DNA of 64,000 nucleotides from Eledone cirrhosa (Eukaryota), in NCBI GenBank assembly GCA_964016885.1, contig OZ024742.1, positions 55,986,001-56,050,000 on the forward strand. The letters are read 5' to 3'. Position 1 is the stretch's first letter. Each line of letters starts with the position of its first letter. The position numbers were made by a program, and so were the translations under genes. Positions 50,890 through 64,000 of this stretch are shown here, piece after piece. A model generated the notes under the pieces. The model made no database searches, had not been told where the DNA came from, and saw nothing but the letters and a program-made list of their open reading frames with translations.

Positions 50890-51950
50890 TTAATTTGGGG
50901 GAAATATATTTCAAACTTCTAATATAGCTGTCTATTGTTTCTTTATTTCTTTCACATCTTGTCTGTGCTTGAGTTTTCATATAACTGATGAATTAGGTTC
51001 AAATAACTTGTTTTTTTTCTGAAAATTGCTGAAATGGTCCAATTCCATGGATCTTGAAAGTGGGTATACAACTATCATCATTGATGATATTTGCGCCAAA
51101 TGATGTCATTTGGAATGCATTATCTTACTCTTGAATATTTTGAAGATAGTTTCTCGATTAAGTAGTTGTACCAATCAGTAGTATCCTCAAGGGTTCCGAT
51201 AGTTCAGGTAATAGTTTAAACTTAATCGTTCCATGTAAACAGCCCAATCTAGTTGTCTCAGCATTCCATTTTTTAGCACCACTATACTATTTGGACAAAT
51301 TTTGTTCATTGAGGAAATTCGAATTAAAGGTTCTGAGGCATAGTCTTGATGTGGATTGTAACTAAAAGCAGCCAAAGTTCAACTCGGCAAAGTTTTTATG
51401 TCTTAAATTTGGTGTTCTTGCCCTCTGTTGATATAGCCTTTGAGTTGTTTAAGATTCAGTTTCTTCAAGTGGCCTTTGAAATGTTCTATTTCTCTCCATT
51501 TACTGTCTTGGTTTTCGTACATCTGATTCCTTCTGCTGTATAGTTACTTTTATTGGCCTATCATCAACAAGCCTTTTTGATCTTTGTTCCTCTAATTCAT
51601 CCTATCTATACTGTGCACTTCTCATTCTTTGCTGTTGAAGCCTTGATGATATTTGTGCATCTCATTCATCCTGTCTGTTTTGTGCTATAGCTACGTACCT
51701 CTAATTACTCTTGATGAATAATTGCTTTACTCTTCCTATCACCAGAAAGCCTTTATAATATTTGTTCTTCTGATTCATTCTGCATATGTTCGGTGTTGTT
51801 TTACTTTTCTTTAAGTCTTGATTGCCGCATCTCTTCACTTTCATTCTCCCTTTGTAACTTGACATAGCTTTATGAGACTTCCATGCAAATGAAGGTCTAT
51901 TCTTCGCTGTCATTCTTTCGCTTGCATGTTTATTTTGGATGCGTTTATGT
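50890..51950 (-). mobile_element. Helitron Rep-helicase N-terminal relic
   Basis: AAFSYNP..ISSMNKICPN..KKWNAET..EPLRILL..NAFQMTSFGA..PTFKIHG (51040-51400) resembles Helitron YNSAFQMTSFGA..PTFKVQG; charged repeats upstream. Confidence 0.75.
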
Positions 51951-52617
51951 CCATGTGAAAACAATAGACGTGTTTTATATACACATAAACTTATACATAT
52001 GTCTATATCTACATCTATATATATAATACATATGTATGTAAATATATACGTACCCACATGCACACACACACACACACACGCATATACATGTGTGTGTGTG
52101 TGTGTGTGTGTGGCTGTGTGTGTTTCTATTTATATAAAGAGAAATTCAGAAGTCGAGAAATATAATTGGTGTCGATGCGAACATAGATAAAACAACCAGC
52201 CCCTTTATGAAAAAAGTGTGAACTGACAAAGTTTTTTACTGAAGACCCGAATGAAATCAGAAGTTTCGCCTCCAAGACAATCGCTCAGGGAACAACATAA
52301 ATTTTGTGTTAAAAATCAATTTTCGTAATTAACTAAACTATAAATTAACAAGAATTAAGCACATAAATATGAGAAATTACGTTAAATACTTTTTATTGAG
52401 AAGTCGTATAGGGAAAAGGCAAAGACGTATGGCTTTCAAAATATTTAGAGTTTCTAATATATACATTAACAGTAACTGAAAATGTTAAGTGAATTTCTTA
52501 TATATATATATATATATGCGTGTGTCTGTGTGTGTGTGTGAGAGTGTGTGTGTGTGTAGGTAGGTACATATGCATGAGTATATATGAATCCACTCAAGCA
52601 CACACACGCACACACAT

Positions 52618-52667
<50 letters not shown>

Positions 52668-52697
52668 ATAGGCAGATATATATGCATGTGTATATAC

Positions 52698-52731
<34 letters not shown>

Positions 52732-52759
52732 AGTCGAGACTTTAGTGTTTCACTCATCA

Positions 52760-53900
52760 AGTATTTTCGTGTATAGTTGTTTTCATGTGATGGACAAGAC
52801 AGAGAAAATCAATATAACGAGCGACTAATAACAGAAGTCTGACTGTTTGATGAGACGAATGGATAGGAAGTATGATTTTAATATTAAATGAGTGAAATGA
52901 ACAGACACAGACAGCAAGGATGAATGTCGCACCCATTAAAATAGGATTAATCGGCCTTTCTCGGGTTTGCATCTCATAATGACTGGGGAGAAGGCATCTT
53001 TTCATGTCATCATGTTCCCGGTGGTCAAAAAGCCGAATGTGATCTCAGAATCCCTAGATTTGGAGCAGATGCGAGACTTCATCTTGTCTAACTCTTTAGC
53101 AACATCAATAATTCCTCAACACAGCTGCTGCCTTTGTTTCGATTTTTGTTTAGCTATTGGCTACGTTTAGGTTTGAGGTCATTTCATAGCATCATATAAT
53201 TCTATGATTAATATATTCTTTAATTTTCTTCATGGTGGCTATTACACTTTCTCCGCCATTTTCGGGGATGTCTGTTACATCAATCAGTTTGGTATAGCTG
53301 TCGGATTTTTTGATAGGAAATACAATACTTTTGCGTTAATGTCTTATACTATTTAATGGATTACTTTTGTCCTAACGTGAATGCGATATAATAATGACAG
53401 AGGTTATCTAACTCTTCATATTTTCAATTATATTACATCTGGGCGTTTGAATGGTGTACTCAAAAGTAGGTTATCTCCCTCATTTTATAACTTTTCATAC
53501 TAATTTACTTATTTCCCAATTGTCAATGTAACAATTATATCATTATATTGATTCGTGTTTCATTACTCTTTACATTCATATATGCTTCAATAATTGGTGT
53601 AATAATATCCACTCCTCGACTTCTCTTTTGTTCATTAGGGTTTGCTATCATGTTCATTAAAACTTACGTATTTGTACATCAGTGTTTAGTCAAATTCACT
53701 TATCGCTTATCACTGATTCTTTATCTTCAACATTGTTAATGGTTTTGATTCCTTTTCTCACTTTAAGGTGGCTATGACTCACTTACAAAGGCGAATGTCA
53801 TGACGGCTGCTGCATACTTTATATAAGATGGTTTCAGATTATTTGTTGCGTGCAGTATAAACTATGGCATCATATATATGTATGGCATTGCTGATTGTAA
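52760..53900 (-). mobile_element. Possible hAT transposase relic
   Basis: Weak motifs NLTKH, PKMAEKV and W..SSLLSVSVHF..LKSYFL; heavily decayed. Confidence 0.35.
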
Positions 53901-54322
53901 CCTGAAGCAATGTAATCGATATCCGGTCTGGTTTTTGTATGTGGGTTAATGTACTTAATTCTATGAATAAAATGAAATGAAAAATGGAGGCTATGTTGAT
54001 ATATTCCTCTTCGGTTAGGGGTGTGTTTCATTAGTATAAGTCTCAAATGTTTTAATCTGTAATGTATTCTTTTCATTGTTTCCAGCATCCAAAAGTCGGG
54101 AGCAAGCAAAATGACTTTTGATAATCAGTTCACGCCCACAACTTTCTTTCTATCTGCTTTCACGACTTGAATAGTCGCCCCGCCACAACCCAACCCACTT
54201 ATTAATTTTTCAGATTTTTCCACCCCACCCCACACCTTCTTATCAAATTTTGCTAATCTATTTCCATCGAAAGTGATTCATATTGATACAGCAACTGGAG
54301 AATCTAATGATATTATTTTACA

Positions 54323-54499
54323 ATTGGCAGTATCGGTAGAGAGTCGGACACCATGCTTTGAAGCATAGAGTTACGTCCCTTTATGATCTGAGTTCAAATC
54401 GCGTCGAGGTTAACTTTGCCTTTCATCCTTACGGGGTCGATAAAATAAAGTACCAGTAATGCACTGGTTAATTGTGGCCTTGTGCCAAAAGTAGAAACA
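54323..54499 (+). mobile_element. tRNA-derived SINE, 11-bp TSD
   Basis: ATTATTTTACA at 54312-54322 and 54500-54510. Confidence 0.9.
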
Positions 54500-54969
54500 A
54501 TTATTTTACATTAAAAAACATTATATATGACAAAATAAGAATATTATAAAAAGTCCCATATTTACGAACGTATACTATACAATTACCGACCCCTTACTCT
54601 CACTTATAAGAATTTCAGCAAATGTCCAACATCCTGATTATTCCACCCCACCCGAGGGTACATGATTATCCGTTGTTCTTCACGTTCATTTTTCCATGCC
54701 ACCCTTGCATAAGGACACAAACACACCTGTATGTTGTATTTCTTGGTCTTGCTGTTGTTACTGTTATTGTTGTTGTTTTCGTTTTTGTTTTTGTTGTTAT
54801 AATTAAAGCGGTGTATTGGCAGTTACCGTGAAAGAGCGGTGTTAAAAACGTTATTGTGTTACAAGGATTTGCTTTCTGAATTTATATAGGCTGCGCTTTT
54901 AAACTTTTAGTTTATTTAGCATTGATCTAAATATTTTTCTACAGTTTAGTATATTTCCAATTTTTGCTT

Positions 54970-57030
54970 ACTTCTTGAAGCTTAGGGTGAAGAATAGGTC
55001 TCTGTGGGTGGTGTAAATTTATGTACCAAACTAGGTGTCCGAATACAGATCCTTCCTTGATGAAGTCATTGCAGCGTTATATGTAGTTAAGACTAAGTCA
55101 TATCCTGATGGGATACGTCAATGCATATGTTGACACTGACCACCTGACACGAAAAGGAGTGATTGGAAGAAATGGCGAACCCGATCTAAATACGAATGGA
55201 AAGGCCATATTAGACTTCTGATCTAGCAATGGACTCTCTATTATGAACACCTTCCTCCATCAGAGGGACATCCAGAAATATACATAGTATAAGGAGAACC
55301 AGGGACGGAGATCAATAATTGTTTTGTTAGTGCCTCTGACCTCTTCGATTCTGTGCTGGACTGGATGTTAGTGTTAAGAGGGATGATGAGCTGTTAACTG
55401 ATCATACCTCCTCCCTACCTGCTACCAGGAACATGGCTGGGGTTCTCCTCTGTTAAGAGACGTACATCCTCGCAATGTGGAAACATTACTTTGCTGATCA
55501 CTTAAAAGCCGATCAGAACAGGATATTCTGATCTACACTAGGTGCATCTGGGACCGGTTACTAACCTCACAGAGGCTGAGTTCACAACAGCAGTTAAAAA
55601 GCTGAAACGTGGTGAGGCCGCTGGAGAAAATAAAATCCGAATCGAGATGTTGAAAGCCTTAATTAGAGAAGGTATTCTCTGGCTGACTCATGTGTGCCAG
55701 GTATCACTGAAAACGCTCCTGAGCAATGGAAATCAAGAGTGATTATCAGAATTTACAAAAAAGGCTGACAGGAGAAATTGTTCCAATTAAAGTGGGATAT
55801 CCTTGTTATGCCTCCCCGGAAAAAGGCTATGCTAAGTGTCTAGCAAAGGAATGCAGTGAGAGTGCCGAGTCCAAGCGAGCTAATGATCAGTGCGATCTTC
55901 GCACTGGAGCCAGCATAGACGACCAAATATTCCCAAGGGCTCCGGTCTACGAGTAATCGTGGGAATGTTGTCACCAGGTATATTCTTGTATTGTAGACCT
56001 CGAAAAGGCATATGACCACGTTCCTCGAGACCTGCTGTGGAAGTTTGTACCGGTGTATGGGATCAATGGTTAGCTTCTTGCTGCCTTCATGTCTCTATAC
56101 GAATGCCCAATATTTGTGGATAAATGGTGCTAAATCGAAACCATTCAAAATGGTAGTCTGTTTCCTCCTAGGTTGCATACTGCCACCTCTACTGTTCATT
56201 ATTAGATTGGCAGTATCGGTAGAGGGCCGGATGCCATGCTTTACAGCGAAGAGTTACGGCCATTTATGGTCTGAGTTCAAATCCCGCCGAGGTTAACTTT
56301 GCCTTTCATCCTTACGGGGTCGATAAAATAAAGTACTAGTAATACACTGTGAGAATTGCTGGCTTTATGCCAAAAGTAGAAACAATTATTTTCATGAACA
56401 GGATTGACATGCTCAGCGGTGTTGAAAGTGACATCACGACTGAGGGGTGTAATATCAGTCACCCGGAATTTGCTGACCATATGATATTACTTAACCCGAC
56501 TGAAGGTGATCACCAACTTGCACATGATAGGTTTGATGCCGTGTGCTGTATGACTGGAATAAAAACCAGTGCTATGAAAACTTAGACAATCGGCCTCTCA
56601 AGGTACCCTGCACTGTGCATTCTACTAGTGAATGGAGTTCTACTAAAGCAGGTGGAGTCGTTCAAATATTCACTAGTCATGGAATGCAGAAGACTGAATT
56701 AAATACGAGAATTGCAGGAGTTGGTGGAGTGATGCTCCAGCTTCAGCATTTTATAATCAAAATGGAGGTAGGTGTAAAAGCATGTAAAATGTCAAGATGG
56801 GATGCGTAGCTGGGAGATCATAGAATCACACCAGGTGGAAACCACTATTTCTCCGAACTGAGAGATCACAGCTCCGATACAATGGATATGTGGTTAAAAT
56901 GTCCCAGGAAAGAATCGCTGAACAGATTTTACAGGCAAAACCAACTGGCAGGAGACCCAGAAGTAAACCCCGAGCAAGATGGTTGGATAACTTCCTTGAG
57001 TTTGGCAGGTGTCGCTTGGAGATTTATTCA
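54970..57030 (+). mobile_element. RTE-clade LINE relic (APE + RT) with internal deletion
   Basis: GVIGRNGEPDLNTNG..IMNTF, EFTTAVKKLKRGEAAG, ISLL.LPGK, VDLEKAYDHVPR, GCILPPLLFII|FMNRI, FADH, RPRSKP. Confidence 0.85.
56204..56384 (+). mobile_element. tRNA-derived SINE inserted in the RTE RT
   Basis: ATTATT at 56198-56203 and 56385-56390; RT frame LLFII|FMNRI rejoins across the insertion. Confidence 0.9.
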
Positions 57031-58441
57031 TTTCCAGTTAGTTTCATATAACTCGTTTCTAATTATGTATTGTTGTTTTGTCACAGTTTTCGTCTTGCGT
57101 CAGTTGAATTTTATCTCACTGTGTGCCATGTATATTCTATTTATATCCGTTTATGATTTCAAGTTTCGGACACTTGCTAGTAGGTTCCTTGCCCTCCCTC
57201 CCTAAACCCTTTATCTGTCTCCGCGGTGGTAAATTCTGGTATATGATGCATCAAGGGAAAAAATCTTTCATGAACTCGGATTAAACATCAAATATTCTTT
57301 TCAATATTGTATATTTTAGCATCATATCACATAGTATATTGGAATCATGTCACGTTATATGTTGGCAGTATGTCACATAATAGTTGATCTCTTGTCCTGA
57401 ACTATTGATCTTATGTCGATTTATATACAGTCTGAACAAATGTGGCTCTACTGTTTGTTTTACTTCATGTTTCACCATTCAGTAATCTAAAAGCCAATTC
57501 AATATGTTTAATGCTTTGGGCTTTATCTCATGTTAATTGTTTTCGCAATTCACAAAAGTTTATGACAAAACTGGAAATATTGTTTTTACTCTCTTTCAGC
57601 ATGGCCGCCTTCCTGCCTTGATGTGCTTGATGACAGTCACACAAAACTTCTATGAAGAAGTGTTCGATAAATGCATAAAAGTCGATAAATGCAGTTGACG
57701 CGAGGAGTGGGAAAATCTAATGTTTCAAACAACTGTCAATAGAATGGAACGAGAGAGAAAAGTGAACAGTGCTATCACTTGGTCTGTCGTTATGTACATA
57801 ACGAGTAGATTGCTGCTGAATGTGTCATATAGCGAATGATGTGAGTCGTTGTGTGAGAGCTTCAGAAAATTTAACTGGGAATTTAACACTTTTCTTATCA
57901 TATTTCTGTGACACTGTCCCCGGTGTGTTTCCACTAATTTCGAAAATCGAGTATCTGGAGGGATTTAGTAAAATAACTAATGTTATCATTGCTGATTTGG
58001 TGTTTGGAATCTAACTTAATAATGGTCCTTGCATCAAATCATCACGGAAACGTGTTAGATAAATATACGCAATCTAACACATTCGTTGTCATATGGAATA
58101 TACTGTCTAGTAATGTTGAAATAATTTTTTAAATAATCAAGAATTTAGAGGGATTTAGTAATATAATGAATGTTCTAATGATTCAGTTTCAACATTATTT
58201 GTTCCTCTTTCTGGATCTGGTTGAGATGAATCGAAAGCGATTTCCATGCGATATAATGTACAAATTTCCAATATTCAAGTGATTAAAATATGTCATCAGA
58301 AGAGTACCCAACGAAGCATAACCGGGATGCGAATCGTCTTCTTAGGGTGTAAAGAGTTAAGTTACAAAACACTTGCATGAGAGGAGTGGAGTTTCTTCTC
58401 CGAAGTAATTATTTTGTCCAGCTCTCTCGAAGGTTTCTTAT

Positions 58442-58524
58442 TACTACTGATGAACGATTTTAGACTAAATTTGAACTGTTTAAAGTAGACAGTTCTGTAT
58501 CATCGAAACAGAGACGGTTTGGTA
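58442..58524 (+). ncRNA. Partly degenerate type I hammerhead
   Basis: TACTA-CTGATGA-[~50 nt]-GAAAC-AGAGACG-GTT-TGGTA; helix I 5 bp, helix II base imperfect. Confidence 0.45.
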
Positions 58525-58671
58525 TGAGAAGTGTTAAAGAAGGTGAAAGAAGCAATACATTAGATAGGAAAGTTGAGAACGTTAATGAGTGAGACAATTC
58601 AAAATACAACGCCTCTGCATTATAGGTGGTGAAAGATTCGTTTCTCGTTAAATATTAAAGTGCATATTACC

Positions 58672-58769
<98 letters not shown>

Positions 58770-59196
58770 CCTATATATGTCTACAAAGTTTTGGATTATG
58801 ATCTATATTGAATTTGAAATAAAAGAGTTTGTCTTACCTCCTTAAGCTATACCGTATGTCTGTCCGTTAGTAAGTCGAAACAAATTGGGTTTGCTTATTT
58901 ATTTTATATGTTAGGACTACAAACTGTTTCCTTTCTTGCTAATGATATTTTGCGCATAGCTGAGTAGTTAAATAGTTCGCTGTGTAGCATCTTGGGTAAA
59001 TTTCATTTACCATATCATCGCGTGATGCCTTATAAGAGAATTTGTGTAAAAGGAAAACCTGTTTGAATGCTTGTCGGGTGGATTATACCTGTAATTAAAA
59101 CAGCCAATCTCAGCAACAAATGTGACTCGTTGAATCTCCCTGAGAATTAGTTATACGTACATAATATTGTTGTAGTTATTATTATGGTTTAATAAT

Positions 59197-59382
59197 AGGG
59201 CGGTGGATTGGCAGTAACGGTAGAGGGTCGGACGCCATGCTTTGACGCATAGAGTTATAGCCCTTGCCATTTTGAGTTCAAATCCCGACGAGGTCAACTT
59301 TGCCTTTCATCCTTAGAGGGTCGATAAAATACAGTACCAGTAATGCTGGACTTGTGCCAAAAGTAGAAACAATTATTATTAT
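59197..59382 (+). mobile_element. tRNA-derived SINE
   Basis: Full head GGGCGGTGGATTGGCAG, B-box and (ATT)3 tail. Confidence 0.9.
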
Positions 59383-60095
59383 TTAATAGTTTTCTGAGTT
59401 GGCTTGCCACAATATTTTCTTTCTTGTTTATCTATGTTCCCTTTTGTAAACAGAATTTCACCATTTACACATGCATTATAATTAGCATCCTCTTCGTTGT
59501 CACCTTTGGCTATATTCTGGAATTAACGAAGTCCAATAACTACTTATGTTATCCCTATATTATTTTCTTAAATTGCTTATGGCAAGGCTGTATCGGTTTA
59601 CATTCATATTCTGTTCATATGTTACTGTTTACGAAAATTATTGAGTATCATCGTGGTGTATCAGCCACGAGAGCTTTCATCGGAAATATCGACCGCAGTA
59701 CCGCATTAATTATATTGAAGAAGCATAAATAATGGATTGCGAAACATTTGTTGAAATAAGACTATATATATATATATATTTGTGTGTGTGTATGTGTGTG
59801 TGTGTGTGTGTGGGGGGGGGGGGGGTATTCGCAATAAATTAGTGGTCTATATTTTATATTTTCATATTTTCTTCTTACGTAGTTTCTGAAAAGATCGCAA
59901 AATGTTCTCATTGCACGTGTAAATGTCGTCCTCTAATCTGTACTTTTATAATACATTTTTCTGGGTATTTTTACATTATTTATTGAAGCTATATATATAT
60001 ATATATAATGTAGGAGGTGAGTTTTATTGTAGTACAATAAAGCAATGCAGATATCGGATAAGTACCACTCTACAGTTTGTAGGACTGGAGTATAA

Positions 60096-60433
60096 ATAAT
60101 AATATATAAGATCAAAAGATGGTTAAAAGAGTTCCATGTATTTTATTATGCGCATTTCAAAAACAAATATCATCATGCAATAACATTTGCGTTTTCGTCA
60201 GATAAAATAGGGAGACATGATATGAAGGTTAAAACTGACTTGTGAATAATGCAGTTTTTTATGTTGATTTAAAACTGCACTATTCACAAGTGTGTTTTAA
60301 CCTTCATATCATGTCTCCCTATTTTATCTGACGAAAACGCAAATGTTATTGCATGATGATATTTGTTTGTGAAATGCGCACAATAAAATACATGGAACTC
60401 TTTTAACCATCTTTTGATCTTATATATTATTAT
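60096..60433. repeat. Near-perfect fold-back inverted repeat (~163-bp arms), one HHR per arm
   Basis: Arms 60096-60260 and 60271-60433. Confidence 0.93.
60139..60209 (-). ncRNA. Type I hammerhead with AUA triplet
   Basis: TATTTTAT-CTGACGA-[~15-bp helix II]-GAAAT-GCGC-ATA-ATAAAATA; helix I 8 bp, palindrome ATGCGCAT. The partner copy at 60320-60390 has ACA. Confidence 0.7.
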
Positions 60434-60667
60434 ATATATATATATAATAAAAAGAAATGCACATACTGCAGAAGATATAGCCTATGTTATTTATCTGGTT
60501 TTACTTGGTTTGATCGCTTTCTAAGATGACGCCTAAATAATTGAATGTTATGACAGGTGCCATGACTATATTTCACACTACATTTCTAAACGATTTCTCT
60601 TTTACAAATTACTTAAATTACATTTGCGCCACCTGCCAAACTGATAGGCAAATATATGGTAAATAAA

Positions 60668-60760
<93 letters not shown>

Positions 60761-60835
60761 CAGCAGCAGCAGCAGTAGCAGCAGGCAGCAGCAGCAGTAG
60801 TAGTAGTACCACCAGTAGCAGCAGCAGCTGTAGTT
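60668..60835. repeat. (TAG)n/(CAG)n microsatellite
   Basis: Direct reading. Confidence 0.95.
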
Positions 60836-61309
60836 GTATTTTTTTCGTTCTCATTTTCGACGGGCATTTCCATATCGGCTCCAGGAAGTTGGTTATTTTA
60901 AGTTGTTTTAAAGTATAATTTATTGAATATTTTTGGTACGAAGTGTATATAAAGTGCGATTCATTGCCTTGTGAGAAGATAAACCCCTAATATTTGGCTC
61001 GAAGTCCCAAATATTTGAAATTTGTTTTTCTGTTATAATTTGAACTTTTTCAAATAATATAGACGGAATACCCCACCTATTCACGTTGAGCCAGCTGTCA
61101 TGTGACAGCAGCTCAAACGTTGAGATGAGTGACACTGTCCCAACAACCACAGCTGTATCACAAACAACAAAGAGAAAATAAGCTAAATTCAAGAATGGCT
61201 ACAATGAAATTAACAAGACCACCAGTATAAAGAACAACAAAACAGCACTTTCGCAGTCGTGGCTGCAAAATTGAGACAATTCATTCAACAATTTAGTTAA
61301 GCAAGGGTT

Positions 61310-64000
61310 GACAGGGCGGGTGGGTGGGGGTCAACAATAGATGGTGGGGGGCTCTCAAAAGACAGATTAGAGTAATTTCGATAGAGTTTACCAAAGAAGT
61401 AGTGTTAGAGAAAAGTAGAAAGGAGGGGGAGCTGGTAGATAAGTTAGACGAGGCTATTTGTAGTGGCATTGCAACTGACGTGCTAGCGGCAAGAATGGCT
61501 TTAGACCATTTCGTTAATGAGAAACACGAAGGTTGCATTGTCACATCTAAGGCACGTGCTCTGAGAAACGAAGGAACCAAAGCTGTTCGATGGGCCCGCG
61601 TGGCAGAGGCGCAGCATGGTAATAAAATCAAAATTCGGTCTTTGATGGACCGAGACAGGCATCATCTGACCGATTCTAGGCGGATGTGTGAGGCCTTTCG
61701 CCACCATTTTGCTCGGTTTTTCCGGGGAAGTGAAGTGGTGGGTCAGAGACGGTGACGGAATTCAGTCCCTACCTCGACGGCTTGCCGCGCCTCTCTACGT
61801 CCGACGCTGAGCGCTGCGAAAGACGGATAACTTCAGCCGAAATTCATGAAGCCCTTGTCGGCTGCACGAGGCGCAAGTTACGCTGTTTGGGTGGTCTGCC
61901 AGACTTGCGCTCCGATCTCCTCGAAGCGCTCTACTGCAACTGGCATAGTAACGCTGATAAGGAAAGACGAGAAAATGAGGAGCACATTAGATAATTTTCG
62001 GCCCATAACTCTGCTCAAAACAGAGTTTAAGATTTTGGCGAAGGTGTTAGCGAAGAGGTTGTCGCTTGCCGTCGAAGATTTGGTTGGGGAGACGCAAACC
62101 TGCGCAATGCGACCAGGTCCATTCACAACCTCCACCTGATGCGATACATTATAGAGAGCGTAGGGTGTAAACCTAGCATCGGTGGGACTCTAATCAATTT
62201 AGATCAATCGAAAGCATTCGATAAGATCGACCATCGTTACCTGGAGGCTGTCCTCAATGCAGTTGGCTTCAGCCCCATCTTCAGAAGCTGGATCGCTGCA
62301 GTGCACAGCGGTATCTGCTCGGTGGTCAAAGTTAAAGACAGCCTCTCAAAACCGTTTCAAATCTCCCAATCGGTCCGTCAAGATTGCCCTGTCTCCCTAC
62401 TTCTGTACGCATTGACTCTCGAGCTTTTACTGTGGAAGCTGGAGCTTTGCAGGGCATCCCGCTCGAATCGGGACGCGGAAAGGCAGTGTGGGCTTATGCG
62501 GACTACATCATTGTGATGGTGTCGGACACCTCGGATATCGAGGTGGTCGACAACTCATTGGAGGAATGTGAAAGGTTGATGGGAACGAAACTTAACCCGG
62601 CAAGTTCATGCCGTCCAACAGTGTCGTTGGGCACTAGACGGATAGACCGGTAAATTTGCTCGGGGCTTGGTTCGAGCCAGACCTCCAGGTGGATAAGAAT
62701 TGGGACGAGGTGACGGGCAGGGTAGCCAGTCTCACCGAGAAATGGGCAGCGAGGAAGCTATCACTGAAAAGTCGGGCGGAGGTGGCCAATGCATACATCC
62801 CGTCCGTCATCTACTACCGCCTGACCGTCGCGTCTTGCCCCCGTCCGCGTCTCACCAAGCTGGAAGGGTTCCTCTTCAAATACTTGTGGAGGGGACGAGT
62901 TCCGTTGGTGAGACGGTTCATCTGCTGCCAGCACCCTCTACGCGGAGGGCTGGACATGCCGTGGCTAATGATGAGCAGACATGCGTTGAGGCTGCGGCAA
63001 CACCAGATATTCTGCGGCAACTCCAGATATTCTGCCTCAACGGTGATCACGTGTGATCACCGTTTGTCAGACGGGCCTTTCCGCAGCTCGTATCTTTGAC
63101 TGAGCTGCAGTCCTGGGTCAACAAGAGACCGGGATTGCGTGACTGGCATGTGGAATGTTGCCAGGCACTCATTGCCCTATACCAGGCGGGGAATGTTGTC
63201 ATTAGAACCTCCATTCTCGAGTTCTATAAAGGATTAGTGGTGGGCAAGTGCGACGACGCACTCGGAAAAACTCCGGGCGTTGACGAAGTCTAACTAACCT
63301 GTCTCTTTCGAGCCGGGGACCGAGGATAACTTCTAAAAAAACCCTTGCTTGGCAGTGCTACCGGGGCGCACTGCCGTTTCGAGAGAAACTCTACAGGCAC
63401 GGAAGTGCTGTCAGACGGACCCGCCCGAGATGCACGCAGAAAGACGAAACCGTTCTGAATGAACTCCTCCAGTGTCCGTGCATTACTGACTTGTGGAGTT
63501 ATGTCGAACAGTTGTTGTCGCGTGTAGAACGGGTCCGGCAATCGGCCGAGTCCATAGTGAAGATCGACCCGCCGCCTTCTTTTGGCCAGGAAGGGCAGGC
63601 AATTTTCCTCTGTATGGTGGACGATGTTGAAAGGACTGAAGACAGACACTTTTCTCTTGGGCCAATATCTCATCAACTTTTTCAAATTTCACTTGGAAAG
63701 GGAGGTGAGGGTGGAGAGAGAGGTGCTGTCCTCCTGTACATTTGCTGAAAGGTGGGTGAATGTGGCGAGAATGGCCCGTGTAAGTGTGCCTACTCTGACC
63801 ATGCACCTCTAAGCTGGTGAATTTGAGGAGGAGAGGGGTGCCCTTCCCAGGTGCCCTCGAAGCGTCGGGTGGTTCAGGATTGATGGGGTACGGTGGTTAT
63901 CCTCCCTATTGGGGAATTTTCAGTGTTGTATTTTTCTTGTTTATTATTGTTGTTTTCCTATTTTTTACTCGATTTTTATGTAAAACCCCCATTGTCCCCG
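61310..64000 (+). mobile_element. L1/Tx1-clade copy D, 5'-truncated, degenerate ORF2 plus 3' UTR
   Basis: NNRWWGALKR, FRPITLL, LDQSKAFD, AYADY, LSLKSRAEV, FFKFHLERE; 3' UTR CCTATTGGGGAATTTT shared with copies A and B. Confidence 0.92.

Noticed and set aside
52238-52275. CTGAAGA..GAAA motif (a CTGATGA at ~50985 was also examined)
   Set aside because: No supporting helices I and III or NUH site in register.
57200-58340. piggyBac-like termini (TAAACCCTTTA ... TAAAGAGTTAA) and a weak integrase-like peptide
   Set aside because: The TIR match is short and imperfect, the left TTAA is absent, and no convincing transposase motif was found.

Overview
AT-rich, microsatellite-dense eukaryotic DNA. The repeat content suggests an invertebrate, probably a cephalopod (inference). 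I found no recognisable host gene; the window is mostly mobile-element DNA. It holds four L1/Tx1-clade non-LTR retrotransposon copies (three with a 5' end abutting an AAT tract), three R4/Dong-like fragments, two long and three short Penelope-like element (PLE) pieces, two RTE relics, six copies of one tRNA-derived SINE, and Helitron and hAT relics. The main hidden signal is RNA-structural. A tandem array of ~422-bp units at 1452-4830 carries a minimal type I hammerhead ribozyme (HHR) with a palindromic helix III on the minus strand of each complete unit, which is a retrozyme-like organisation. A diverged relative sits inside an R4 element with a 7-bp target-site duplication (TSD), and its substitutions mostly spare the HHR core. 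About a dozen other HHR or HHR-like motifs from unrelated families occur across the window, many within fold-back inverted repeats. All calls were made by eye, with no database searches or folding runs.
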